A DNA stretch of 64,000 bases from an uncultured virus (IMG/VR IMGVR_UViG_3300008113_000017) (IMGVR_UViG_3300008113_000017), one strand, 5' to 3'; shown: positions 29,411 to 38,616, numbered from the stretch's first letter. The notes: generated by a model not told the origin, from the letters alone. A program made the numbers and translations.

Positions 29411-29476
29411 CAATAGTATATGAAACAGGCATTTACCGCAAATCAAGACACGCTAATTTGATAACAAATTTATAAC

Positions 29477-29616
29477 GGATCTGCAGCCCTGATCAGCTTC
29501 GGATCTAGCCTGGTAGATCCGGCTAGGATCTCAGCTTAGGATCCAGCTCAGCTGCTCCGGAGGATCCGGCCGGCCAGGATCATTGGACAGATCTAAATTT
29601 AGCTTCCCCCCGATCC
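29477..29616. repeat. Polylinker-like cluster of 4-bp palindromes
   Basis: 10 GATC, 5 AGCT, 4 CCGG and 2 GGCC in about 140 bp. Confidence 0.9.
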
Positions 29617-29666
29617 ATAAAGTAAACCCCTAGTACTTTGTACTAGGGGTTACTTCGGCAGATTAC

Positions 29667-30038
29667 TTATTCGCCACGCTTACGGGACATCAACATCCCG
29701 AGCATTCCAACCATAGCCAACCAGTCCAGTCCTTCATTGGTAAGTCCAGTTGGTTCACCTTCGGCAGTAATGCCACCAGTAAATACGATAGTTCCAGCGA
29801 TAGGGTGTGGATTTTCCAAACAATCAAACGCAACAGCGTAAGCGATAGTTCCAACAGGGTTGATTGGTAAGTTGTGGATTAGTCCTTCTTCATTGACCCA
29901 CATAGTTACCATAGGGTTTAGTCTAACCATTTCCACATAGCCACCAACTTTGTCCTTCATAACTTCATACCAGTCGGTAGATAGTTGTAGTTCGGTTGGT
30001 TCTAGTTCGGTGTTTGTTACAACTGCTAAGTTACTCAT
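29667..30038 (-). CDS. DUF3846-like protein
   Basis: VGGYVEMV...MWVNEEGLIHNLPINP...IAGTIVFTG. Confidence 0.75.
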   Translation of the reverse strand: MSNLAVVTNTELEPTELQLSTDWYEVMKDKVGGYVEMVRLNPMVTMWVNEEGLIHNLPINPVGTIAYAVAFDCLENPHPIAGTIVFTGGITAEGEPTGLTNEGLDWLAMVGMLGMLMSRKRGE

Positions 30039-30146
30039 TTGATTTTCCTTTCCGTGAGTAGTTCCAGTTTATAGCACGCCAGCGACATTTGGCAACATTT
30101 ATTTTCCGTGTCGCTAACAGATCTCTAGCCTAAGCTAAGCGAGCGA

Positions 30147-30401
30147 TTACTCGCCTAGTTCTTTTAGTTCTTTTTGTAGTTGGTCAAGTTCGCTTTTGAT
30201 TGTTAGGGCGTATTCTTTGTTGGCTCGTAGCCTTGTAATAATGTTGTCCAAGTCCATAGATAACTTTGCTAACTGAGTATCATCGGTAGGGTCGATGTTT
30301 CTAATCTGGGTAATGATACCTTCCATTAGCGACAAGATACCTACGCCATCAAGTCTAACTTTTTTGATTTTCTCATTTAGTTCTGCTAAACGCTCTTGCA
30401 T
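30147..30401 (-). CDS. Coiled-coil cassette protein
   Basis: GAAAGG RBS; TGTCGG-N10-TAGTAT promoter at 30429-30450. Confidence 0.65.
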   Translation of the reverse strand: MQERLAELNEKIKKVRLDGVGILSLMEGIITQIRNIDPTDDTQLAKLSMDLDNIITRLRANKEYALTIKSELDQLQKELKELGE

Positions 30402-30458
30402 TTTTTACCTTTCGTGGTTGATAACTTCATACTACTAATAACTGCCGACATTACAAGT

Positions 30459-30698
30459 TTATTCCCAAGATTTTCTAGAAATAATCCGGACAAACTTTTC
30501 TCCCCGGTCATTGATCATTTCGGCCAGGTCGTAATCATCTCCGGTAAAGATTCGGCCAATTCCATCCGGGCTATAGAAATGAATGGTGCAACCGGGCAGA
30601 CAATAAATAACTTCGGTGTTCCATTTCTCGTAGTCGCCGGCGTCAAGCTGGTCATCGTCTAGAACTAATGCAATGTTTGGTGATTTGTGATTATTCAT
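30459..30698 (-). CDS. Hypothetical protein
   Basis: GAAAGGAAA RBS; TGTCTG-N10-TAAGAT promoter. Confidence 0.55.
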   Translation of the reverse strand: MNNHKSPNIALVLDDDQLDAGDYEKWNTEVIYCLPGCTIHFYSPDGIGRIFTGDDYDLAEMINDRGEKFVRIISRKSWE

Positions 30699-30793
30699 AA
30701 TTTCCTTTCGTCAATGAAATCTTACCAGGGCCGGCAGACATTCGGCAAGAATGAAACCCCGCCACACGATCTCTGGCGGGGTTTATTCAAACT

Positions 30794-30991
30794 TTATTCT
30801 TCTTCTTCTTCTTCTTCTTCTTCTTCTTCTTCTTCAACTTCTTCAACTTCAATACTTTCAACGCTGTCGTATTCAAGTTGAGGGTCATCTCCGTAGTAAG
30901 AAGACCAAGCCAGTTCTTCGGCTTCGGCTTCGGTGTTGGCTTCAATTTCGCCTGAATAATTTACTTGGATTTTTACATAGAACTTTGGCAT
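30794..30991 (-). CDS. Very acidic small protein with poly-Glu tail
   Basis: GAAAGGAG RBS; (GAA)n run; terminator ~30754-30784. Confidence 0.7.
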   Translation of the reverse strand: MPKFYVKIQVNYSGEIEANTEAEAEELAWSSYYGDDPQLEYDSVESIEVEEVEEEEEEEEEEEEE

Positions 30992-31155
30992 TTGCCTACT
31001 CCTTTCCCGAGTGGTTTCAGTTTAGCGTAGTTTTTTATTTTTACGCAAGTTTATTTTGAATTATTTTTTGGCGTGTCTTCCAGAGATCTTTCAGCTGCAA
31101 TTAGTTACCGGGGTAACTAATTTATGATCCGCGGAGCTCCCCCGAAACTGCCTAA

Positions 31156-31422
31156 TCACTTAGGCAGTTTATCGGTAAGCATAACTAACGCTAGGCGATA
31201 CGCTTCACGCTTCATCAGTGCTTCATCTTGCTCAGGTTTGTGTTGTTCAGCGTGTTCGTCAGTTCCGTCAGTTGTCCAGTTCATTCTGCTAATACTTTCG
31301 ATAACCCATTCGGCATACTTATTGGCAACTGTGCCGATAGCCCTTGCTAAGTTGTAGGGGTTCTCAACCTTGTATACATTTTTGATAATGAGTTCAGCGT
31401 ATTCTTGTGGTGTAGTGTTCAT
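31156..31422 (-). CDS. Hypothetical cassette protein
   Basis: GGAAAGG RBS. Confidence 0.6.
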   Translation of the reverse strand: MNTTPQEYAELIIKNVYKVENPYNLARAIGTVANKYAEWVIESISRMNWTTDGTDEHAEQHKPEQDEALMKREAYRLALVMLTDKLPK

Positions 31423-31619
31423 TGATTTACCTTTCCAGTATTTACCTTACACTACTAACAACCAGTTTGCTAATCTATTTATTCCCGAGATTAGAAATAT
31501 TTTTTAGAGATCTCTCGAGCCCCGGCCGGTAAGTAACCCCCAGGGCAGCTAATCTCTGTGGATCAGATTTGCCCCAGAGAAAGAGAAATCCCCCGAGTCG
31601 CGAACTCGGGGGAAATCTT

Positions 31620-31757
31620 TGTACTCGCGCGAGTACCAACTCCATTGACGGCAGGGAAGTCCAGACACTCGTATTTCTATTCGACTAGCTTAACTAGTAT
31701 GAGCTGGTGAATAAGAATCCATAAGCCGTTACATTTGCCGTGTGGAGTTGTTAGTAC
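31620..31757 (-). ncRNA. Candidate structured RNA (~130 nt)
   Basis: Nested stems CAACTCCA/TGGAGTTG, ACGGCA/TGCCGT, CCAG/CTGG and ACTAG/CTAGT, followed by terminator ~31587-31615; no RBS. Confidence 0.5.
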
Positions 31758-32010
31758 TATCTAAGCATAGATTCGCGATGTTTGTCAACTTTACGGCATT
31801 TATTAGATAACACTTTTGTTACCAAATTTGATCAGCTCGTTCGGGCCCTAACGATTATTCGTTTGGATGCGAACGATTATCGTTTGGATGCGAATGAATA
31901 TTTGCAGCCAGCTCCGGAATCTTGTGGATCATAATCGGCATAAGTGGAAACCCCCAGCGTATTCACGCTGGGGGTTTTTTGGTTAGGGATTAGGGCAGAC
32001 CTAACCAAAC

Positions 32011-32247
32011 CTAAGCCATAGGGCTAACGCAAGCCCATTGGACATTGATGTCGCCTTTTTCATCAACGCTCTCAAAGCAGATGTTCAGGGTTCCGTATCC
32101 ACCCTTAGTCATCTTTACAACAATCTCAACCACTAACCCACTTCTGCCATTCGGCGTGATGTAGGTGTCGCCTAGCGTTGGCATAGCAACTTCGGCGAAC
32201 TTGGTGCGCTCGGCGTTTAGTGGTAGTAGTGTGGTTTGTCCAGCCAT
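32011..32247 (-). CDS. Hypothetical protein, paralog of 34272..34493
   Basis: RBS; TGTCGG-N10-TAAGAT promoter at 32279-32300. Confidence 0.7.
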   Translation of the reverse strand: MAGQTTLLPLNAERTKFAEVAMPTLGDTYITPNGRSGLVVEIVVKMTKGGYGTLNICFESVDEKGDINVQWACVSPMA

Positions 32248-32493
32248 TTTGGTTTCCTTTCATTCGGGGACATTTCTAATCTTATAGTAGATAACCGACA
32301 AAGCGCAAGATTTATTCCAACTATTTTATTTCGGCGTGTCGGCAAACAGATCTCTAAATAATCATTCGGGTCCGAATGATTATTATTCGTTTGGATGCGA
32401 ATGATTTCTGCCCGGCCGGTGCAGCTCGATCCACATAAAGATATCCCCTTGCTAGCCGTAACTAACAAGGGGAGTCCAGAGATCGTGTGAAGA

Positions 32494-32889
32494 CTAATAA
32501 TCTTCGTCTTCGTCTTCTTCGTCTTCGTCTTCTTCATCGCACTGACCAGCGCACCATTCTTCATCGCAAATCTCGCAAGGTTCGGTTTCTCTCGCACCTT
32601 GCTCAATTAGCGTGGTGTATCCAGCGTTCGGGTCGTCGTGGTTAGTTTCTACTGCTTGGATAAACTTCAGGGCGCAAGATTTTGCAAACCATTCTTTTAG
32701 CGTGGCAAGCATTTCATCGTGGCTCATCTCTTCGGCACTTCTAATCTCGTCGTATTCCAAGCGTCGCATTTCTTCCAACTGCTCGTCGTCCATAAGCACA
32801 TAGATTTTGTGGCAAGTATCAAAGGCGATACCCTTAGCACCAACTAAACCTAAATCTACTTCGTCCCAATTGATAACTGACATTTCCAT
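32494..32889 (-). CDS. Acidic hypothetical protein
   Basis: AKGIAFDTCHKIY...CALKFI; D/E tail; RBS and promoter. Confidence 0.7.
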   Translation of the reverse strand: MEMSVINWDEVDLGLVGAKGIAFDTCHKIYVLMDDEQLEEMRRLEYDEIRSAEEMSHDEMLATLKEWFAKSCALKFIQAVETNHDDPNAGYTTLIEQGARETEPCEICDEEWCAGQCDEEDEDEEDEDEDY

Positions 32890-33010
32890 TTCCTTTCGGT
32901 AGCGATTTTGCTACAAGTCCAGATTACACTAACCAGCAGACAAATCGCAACATTGATTTTTTGTATTTTATTTCGGCGTGTTGTGAAACAGATCTCTAGG
33001 CCAGCTCACC

Positions 33011-33250
33011 TTATCGGTAATCTGTCCTAACGATAAAGATAAGGTTTAGAACTTCACGCAAGCGTTCCAAGTATTCTTGGGATTTTTCTGGTGAAGCAAC
33101 TACTAGGTGGCAACCAGCAAGTTCTTGGATTTGCCTATTGTTTTCACATTCGGCATAAATCATTGCTAGGGTTGCTTGGGAGTATTCGTCTCTACCCCCA
33201 GCCATTCTCATAACTTCTTCAAACGCAAAGTTTGTAATCGTATTAGCCAT
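33011..33250 (-). CDS. Hypothetical cassette protein
   Basis: RBS; TGTCTG-N10-TAGGAT promoter. Confidence 0.6.
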   Translation of the reverse strand: MANTITNFAFEEVMRMAGGRDEYSQATLAMIYAECENNRQIQELAGCHLVVASPEKSQEYLERLREVLNLIFIVRTDYR

Positions 33251-33485
33251 TTGATTTCCTTTCCGTAGGGGCTAACTAAATCCTATAACTAACCACAGAC
33301 ATTTAGATAGGTTGCCCACAGTTAGAACATTCGGCGTGTTCTTCGCAATCGCAATCATGCGTGTAGAAGAACGGATCGTTCTCGGCGTTAGACACTTTCC
33401 AAGTGTCTGGTCCAGACTTACCACAATAACCGCAGTAGTCATTTTCTTTATCTTCTGCCATTTGATTTCCTTTCGTATGGTCTAA

Positions 33486-33507
33486 TGTCGGGGGTCGGTG
33501 TTAGTAT
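33486..33507 (+). promoter_or_regulatory. TGTCGG-N10-TAGTAT promoter for HicA-like gene
   Basis: Exact motif on the plus strand, 30 nt before ATG 33537. Confidence 0.7.
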
Positions 33508-33536
33508 CTATCTACCACAAACTGAAAGGTTGCCAA

Positions 33537-33740
33537 ATGGCTCTCTCAACAAACAAAGATGTTATGGCTCTAATCAAGAAAGCAGTAAAGCAAGGTTGGC
33601 GAATAGAAGCAACTAAATCTGGACACATAAGATGGACTTCACCAACTGGTGAGTTCTTTCATTCAGCAAGTTCGCCTAGTGATTTCCGTGCTATCAAATA
33701 CATTCGCCAGTATCTCCGTAAGTATGGAATGAAAATCTAA
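33537..33740 (+). CDS. HicA-like (dsRBD-fold) toxin family protein
   Basis: QGWRIEATKSGHIRWTSPTG...SSPSDFRA; GAAAGG RBS. Confidence 0.65.
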   Translation: MALSTNKDVMALIKKAVKQGWRIEATKSGHIRWTSPTGEFFHSASSPSDFRAIKYIRQYLRKYGMKI

Positions 33741-33815
33741 CGGCAGTTAGAGATCTCTCGAGCTAAAACTAAACCCCCGTATCAACGGGGGTTTAGTGTT
33801 TAGTGCAAGGGATAA

Positions 33816-34031
33816 CTAATCTCTATCGGAAACCCAAGCCCAGATTAGAGCAACCAGAGATAAACCAATAAACACCCAAGACACAACTTCCCAGCGGGCA
33901 TACATAACTAAGTCATCCTGCATTTCATACTTGACCCAAGCAGTTAGATACAGGCTAGAAATTTTTTGAGTTAGGTAAGCGAATGCCATAATTGGAACAA
34001 GAACCAGAATACGAATAAAGAATTTTTTCAC
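33816..34031 (-). CDS. Small membrane protein
   Basis: Two hydrophobic helices; GGAAAGG RBS. Confidence 0.6.
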   Translation of the reverse strand: MKKFFIRILVLVPIMAFAYLTQKISSLYLTAWVKYEMQDDLVMYARWEVVSWVFIGLSLVALIWAWVSDRD

Positions 34032-34271
34032 TTGATAACCTTTCCTAGTTGGTGGTGTTGCTACATAAATACTAACACTAAATTAGTGTATTTTATTCCC
34101 AAATAGCAAATAAATTTTTAGCGTGTTTTGGATCATCCGCGGAGCTTGATCAACACCAGGTGGCCCTGGATAATTGCCGCAACGTTACATTGATCCGGAA
34201 TAAAGAAATTCTCCGGCCGTATGCAAGCCGGAGAATTTTTTGAGTGTGGCCGACACTCGGCGGGTTCTAAT

Positions 34272-34493
34272 TTAGGCTAGCGGTGAAATTGTTGCCCATT
34301 GACTTTTAGTTTCACCAATAGCAACGAACTCGATAACTAGAACCGCATAACCAGCCTTAGTAATTTTACTTGCGAGAGAAACAACAATTCCAGAACGCTT
34401 GGTGTTTGGTGAAACAACAATTCCCCCGAGTTCTGGCATTTCGACAGAAACAAAGGAATCTCTTTTTTCGGTGAGTGGCAGTTGAGTTAGCAT
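34272..34493 (-). CDS. Hypothetical protein, paralog of 32011..32247
   Basis: RBS; TGTCGG-N10-TAGAAT promoter at 34519-34540. Confidence 0.7.
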   Translation of the reverse strand: MLTQLPLTEKRDSFVSVEMPELGGIVVSPNTKRSGIVVSLASKITKAGYAVLVIEFVAIGETKSQWATISPLA

Positions 34494-34788
34494 TTCAGTC
34501 CTTTCCTTGACTAACTAGATTCTATACAATACAACCGACAAACCGCAACATTTATTCCGCATTTCGCAAATAAATTTTTGGCGTGTCTAGATCCTACGTT
34601 AGAGTTCACTTTCATCATCGCACGCGTTAGCGCAGTCATCGCAGATGTAGTTTTCAGTTTCAATATTGCAATCGATTACTTGACACTTTTCCATTTGGAA
34701 ACTCCTTTCCCGAGTAGTCTCAGTTTACAGTAAGCCGCAGACATTTCGCAAATAAAGTTTTGGCGTGTCGCAGAGATCTCTCCAAAGC

Positions 34789-35064
34789 TTATAGGTGTTC
34801 GCAGTGGAATAAGATGGCGTTGAATTCTACAAGTTCATACCCGCGTGTTTCGAGAACTTCAACAGCAATTTGAACGCCAACTTCGAACGCGTATCTTGTT
34901 TCCGCGTTAGTGTTTTCTAATTTAGTTTCGACATTATTACCGCGAGCGTCTAAACCCTTGACCATGTGAAATAAAGCGTGGTCGCTAAGTTTAGAAATTT
35001 GAGCAGTGTAAGCTTTTCTAATTTCAACTTCGATAATTTTTTTGTGAGCTTTTGTAAGTGCCAT
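34789..35064 (-). CDS. Hypothetical cassette protein
   Basis: RBS; TGTCGG-N10-TAAGAT promoter at 35094-35115. Confidence 0.65.
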   Translation of the reverse strand: MALTKAHKKIIEVEIRKAYTAQISKLSDHALFHMVKGLDARGNNVETKLENTNAETRYAFEVGVQIAVEVLETRGYELVEFNAILFHCEHL

Positions 35065-35381
35065 TAGTTTTTATTCCTTTCCCGAACAACTACATCTTAC
35101 TAAATAGAACCGACAAACCGCAACATTTATTCCCGCGTTTATAAATTATTTTTGGATCATGAGCTCAGTCGATGCGGCAAGATCTTGGAGGGGCCACCGG
35201 GTAATTTTGATCACCCGGTGGCGTCTCTGGCGAAGCTTCAGATTTTATTTACCGCGTAAGGCTTTACGTAATTCGATTAATTCTTCTATCACTGAATAGC
35301 AAGGCAAACATAGAATTAGTCTTTTACCTTTTTGGATTTCGATGTCAACGGTGCCTTGATTAGTTTCGCAGTTTTGGCATT

Positions 35382-35579
35382 TCATAGGGGATTTCCATTC
35401 TGGTCAGTTGTTAGTAGCAGTTCGATTAGTCTATCGAGTAATCTATCTAAACCATTGGTCAAGATTAGAATGTCCCGAATAGTTCCAACTTCATTAGCGT
35501 TCTCTAAGGCGATAAAGGTCATTGGAATAATTTCGAGCAGTTCAGTTTCAGTTAGAGTTTCGAATGAACGATTAGACAT
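35382..35579 (-). CDS. Hypothetical cassette protein
   Basis: RBS; TGTCGT-N10-TATAAT promoter. Confidence 0.55.
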   Translation of the reverse strand: MSNRSFETLTETELLEIIPMTFIALENANEVGTIRDILILTNGLDRLLDRLIELLLTTDQNGNPL

Positions 35580-35732
35580 TTAGATTTCCTTTCCTAGTCC
35601 ATAAGAATTATAACTGAACCCTACGACAAATTATTCCCGATTGGCAAATAATTTTTTACGGCGTGTTTGGATCAGATTTAGAAGCTTCGCCGCATTCCGG
35701 CCGGAATCCGGAGCTCAGCGTTAGAGAGATCT

Positions 35733-36185
35733 CTAACGCCACTTCTTTTTGATTTTGGTGGATAACCTAGACATGTCCAGAATAACTTTTTCTGGAACAG
35801 GGTTTTCTCTTTCCGCATTTCTTAGCAAACATTCCGCAATCGAAACTTCAAGAAAAGAATTGTTGATTTCAAAATCAACATTGAGAGTTTTAGATAATCT
35901 CTCTAATCGCCTAACTTCACTAGTTGCTAAGTTAGTGTTGTCCATGATTACCAACTGATAACCATTCTTGAACGCTACCCTAATAAGATTAGTCCGCAAC
36001 TTTCTTAGTAGTTGAGAACTATTTGAACCGCCACCAAAACTAGAACCAAACATAGAAGTAGCAAGTTCATCATTATTGATCCGCAGGGCATAACCCGCAG
36101 GATAATCAGCAAGAAGTTTTTTAGCGTAAGTTGATTTTCCGCTAGCGGGTAGCCCTTGTAGAACCAGAAGTTTTTTAGAAGTCAT
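35733..36185 (-). CDS. P-loop kinase (AAA_33/polynucleotide kinase-like)
   Basis: LQGLPASGKST, INNDEL, VIMDNTN, CLLRNAERENPVP; leaderless TATAAT-6nt-ATG. Confidence 0.85.
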   Translation of the reverse strand: MTSKKLLVLQGLPASGKSTYAKKLLADYPAGYALRINNDELATSMFGSSFGGGSNSSQLLRKLRTNLIRVAFKNGYQLVIMDNTNLATSEVRRLERLSKTLNVDFEINNSFLEVSIAECLLRNAERENPVPEKVILDMSRLSTKIKKKWR

Positions 36186-36330
36186 ACAAAGATTATACAC
36201 TTCCGCAAAATAAAATCAAACTATTTTCCGCGTGTTGATCACCGCGTGTAGCTGCATTGGATCCATGCTGCAACACCGGGTAAGAATAAACCCCGGCACC
36301 TGGCCGGGGAATATTCGAAGCTTCGGCAAC

Positions 36331-36609
36331 TTACTTAGTAAGTTCCAACAAATCTTCGGGGATGTAATCTGGAACGCCAGCCATAAATAGTCCAACCTTG
36401 ATTACAAGTTCGGCAGGTGTAGTTTTCATACAGCCAGCAACTTCTACCAGCATTTCACTAGACGCTTCTTTTTTAGCGTTTTCTAGTTCCCAAAGATAAG
36501 TAAGCGATACACGCCCCGAACCATTGGAAGCCATTTTTCTCAAGGTGAGGTTATTGTCGTATCGGTATTCGGCAATAACTTTACCTAAGGCATCTCTAAA
36601 CTTCATCAT
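36331..36609 (-). CDS. ClgR-like XRE HTH regulator
   Basis: FRDALGKVIAEYR...TLRKMA...VSLTYLWELENAKKEASSEML follows the actinobacterial ClgR pattern (VSLGYLSEVERG.KEASSELL). Confidence 0.75.
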   Translation of the reverse strand: MMKFRDALGKVIAEYRYDNNLTLRKMASNGSGRVSLTYLWELENAKKEASSEMLVEVAGCMKTTPAELVIKVGLFMAGVPDYIPEDLLELTK

Positions 36610-36796
36610 CAAACTCTCTCCAACTATCTCCCGAGCCTTCAATAAGACTTAGGTTTGAACCATTATCCCACTCTACCATAATCGTTAGGTAGCCCCAAGG
36701 GTCAGTGTATTCTCCAACCTTAGTTCCAACGTCTCCACTTTTTAGAGATGTATAAGGGTCGCTAGTGTTTAGCAACAGGACTCTTTTATTTGCCAT
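36596..36796 (-). CDS. DUF4314-like protein
   Basis: GDVGT...VEWDNGSNLSLIEGSGD. Confidence 0.7.
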   Translation of the reverse strand: MANKRVLLLNTSDPYTSLKSGDVGTKVGEYTDPWGYLTIMVEWDNGSNLSLIEGSGDSWREFDDEV

Positions 36797-36961
36797 TTTG
36801 ATTTCCTTTCATTAGCAGTAGTTCTATAGTATCAATAACCGCAGACATTTCAAGTTTATTCCGGTGTGTTTTTGGATCGGTGTCGCAGAGATCTCTAGCA
36901 CACCAGCTAAAGCGAAACCCCCGAGCCAAGCAGTAACTCGGGGGTACGCTTAGTTGCGGTG

Positions 36962-37432
36962 TTAGGCAAGCACCGCAACCGCTCCACCAACCAAAGTGAG
37001 AACAATTGCGTAAGGTCCTAGCGTAATACTTCCACGCAGAGTTGCCCTAACACGCCTAACCGCAGTAGCCATAGTCAAGCCATACGCTAGAACTAATGCC
37101 AGAGCGATTACCGCAAGTGAATAGAGAACAGAGAAATAACCAAGAGCGAGCGTGATACCAACAAAGAGTTTCACATCACCCATACCGAGCCACTCTAATC
37201 CATTTAGGTAAACACCTAGAAACAGAATAGCAACCGCAGTTCCAAGAGTGATTAGCAGACTAATCCACTGCCCATCAACCAGAGATACAACAATGGTAGT
37301 AATGAAAGACAGAGCGATAAATGGCAGAACCATTTTGTTTGGTAAGCGGTGTTCCCTAACATCAACAATGATTAGGGGAATAGCGATTACCGCAAGATAC
37401 GCAAGCGGTAGTAGAGCAACAATGTCCAACAT
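36962..37432 (-). CDS. Prepilin peptidase (A24) family membrane aspartic protease
   Basis: VDVREHRLPN and GMGDVKL catalytic motifs; multiple TM helices. Confidence 0.85.
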   Translation of the reverse strand: MLDIVALLPLAYLAVIAIPLIIVDVREHRLPNKMVLPFIALSFITTIVVSLVDGQWISLLITLGTAVAILFLGVYLNGLEWLGMGDVKLFVGITLALGYFSVLYSLAVIALALVLAYGLTMATAVRRVRATLRGSITLGPYAIVLTLVGGAVAVLA

Positions 37433-37563
37433 AAAGTTTCCTTTCACTAAGGGACACTAGCAGTTTATAGCAACCTACTGACATTTCGCAAATCTATTTC
37501 CAGCGTGTTTGGATCAGTTTCCGCAGAGATCTCTGGCGAAGCTTCTGGCCAGACTAGGTTGCC

Positions 37564-37911
37564 CTAGTCCAAGTCCCCATCCTGAATAAAGATAATCTCT
37601 AACTTAGAGATGCGCTTGCCCCAGTTAGTGTCATAAACATAAGTAGCCATAACTGGATAATACCCATCACCTAATCCACTTCTAACAACTACACCCGCAC
37701 CAGCGTGTCCCATCGGAAAGTTTAGTTGCCCCGCACCCTCAACATCGAGAGTAGTTGCACACGCACCAGCCCAAGAATAATCCCCGATGCCAGTATCGCC
37801 CATCTCGTTATTTTGCCAATCATTCAGATAGCCAGGGTCAGTGATTAGAATTTGTCCGCTATCAACCGCACAATAGCCAATCATTTTTGTTTCAGTTTTT
37901 GTAATCGCCAT
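37564..37911 (-). CDS. DUF4241-like protein
   Basis: VDSGQILITDPGY...SGLGDGYYPV. Confidence 0.65.
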   Translation of the reverse strand: MAITKTETKMIGYCAVDSGQILITDPGYLNDWQNNEMGDTGIGDYSWAGACATTLDVEGAGQLNFPMGHAGAGVVVRSGLGDGYYPVMATYVYDTNWGKRISKLEIIFIQDGDLD

Positions 37912-38097
37912 TTTAGTTTTTCCTTTCGATAGGCGTATCAAAATTCTATAGCAACCCGCAGACATTTCGCAAACATTTCACCGCGTCAACAGATCGATTA
38001 TTTAGAAGCTTCAAGCACCGGCATGATCCATACACCGGACATAAAGCAAACACGCCCAACCTTTTCAGGTTAGGCGTGTAAGCGTTAGGCGATTAGA

Positions 38098-38616
38098 TTA
38101 GCAAATCTCAAAGCCACCAGAATTTAGCAGAAATTCGGCAAATTCTTTTAGGTCGTCAATTTCCAAATCGTAATTGGTTTCCCAAGCCTCTTTTTTGCCC
38201 TCGCCATTACAGCCATTACACCAGCCAATAGTTCTGCCTAAGAGAATAGCAAGTTCGGCAGGGAGTTCTCGTTCAGGCATTTTGTTTTCAGTTCCAACTT
38301 CGTCAGCCCTGATTCCCGAACCATCACAGAATTCGCAGTCTAATCTCGGCAGACCAGCAAGGTAAGCGTTTCGTTGCGAGATGTAAAGTTCGGCAGTTCC
38401 ATCAGCAATAGCAGAGAGAATAGCGTTTCCAAGTTCCACGCTAGCAGTTCCATCTAGTCCATCGCCATCGTTAGAGTGTCCATACTCAACAGCACCAGCG
38501 ATTTCGTTATGAACATTTAGGCAGTAATCCCAGAGTGGTCGCCAACCCCAAACATTACGACGGAAATACGCTCCTACTTCATTAGTAGGATTCTTACCAT
38601 AGACATCCATTCCCAT
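38098..38616 (-). CDS. Phage protein with CxxCxGxG zinc-finger insert
   Basis: MGMDVY...YFRRNVWGWRPLW; CEFCDGSG and CNGCNGEG; TGTCGG-N10-TAAACT promoter at 38656-38677. Confidence 0.7.
   Translation of the reverse strand: MGMDVYGKNPTNEVGAYFRRNVWGWRPLWDYCLNVHNEIAGAVEYGHSNDGDGLDGTASVELGNAILSAIADGTAELYISQRNAYLAGLPRLDCEFCDGSGIRADEVGTENKMPERELPAELAILLGRTIGWCNGCNGEGKKEAWETNYDLEIDDLKEFAEFLLNSGGFEIC

Noticed and set aside
29477..29616. Cloning-vector polylinker contamination
   Set aside because: The same few 4-mers are repeated many times rather than unique 6-cutters, and similar clusters recur in most spacers across 25 kb at a consistent position relative to promoters and terminators.
30687..31059. 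Poly-Ser and poly-Leu plus-strand ORFs
   Set aside because: Antisense readings of the (GAA)n tail of 30794..30991, which has the RBS and terminator.
29190..31757. tRNA or tmRNA identity for the structured RNAs
   Set aside because: No cloverleaf, T-loop GTTCRA or CCA end was recognisable; I found no tRNA in the window by eye.
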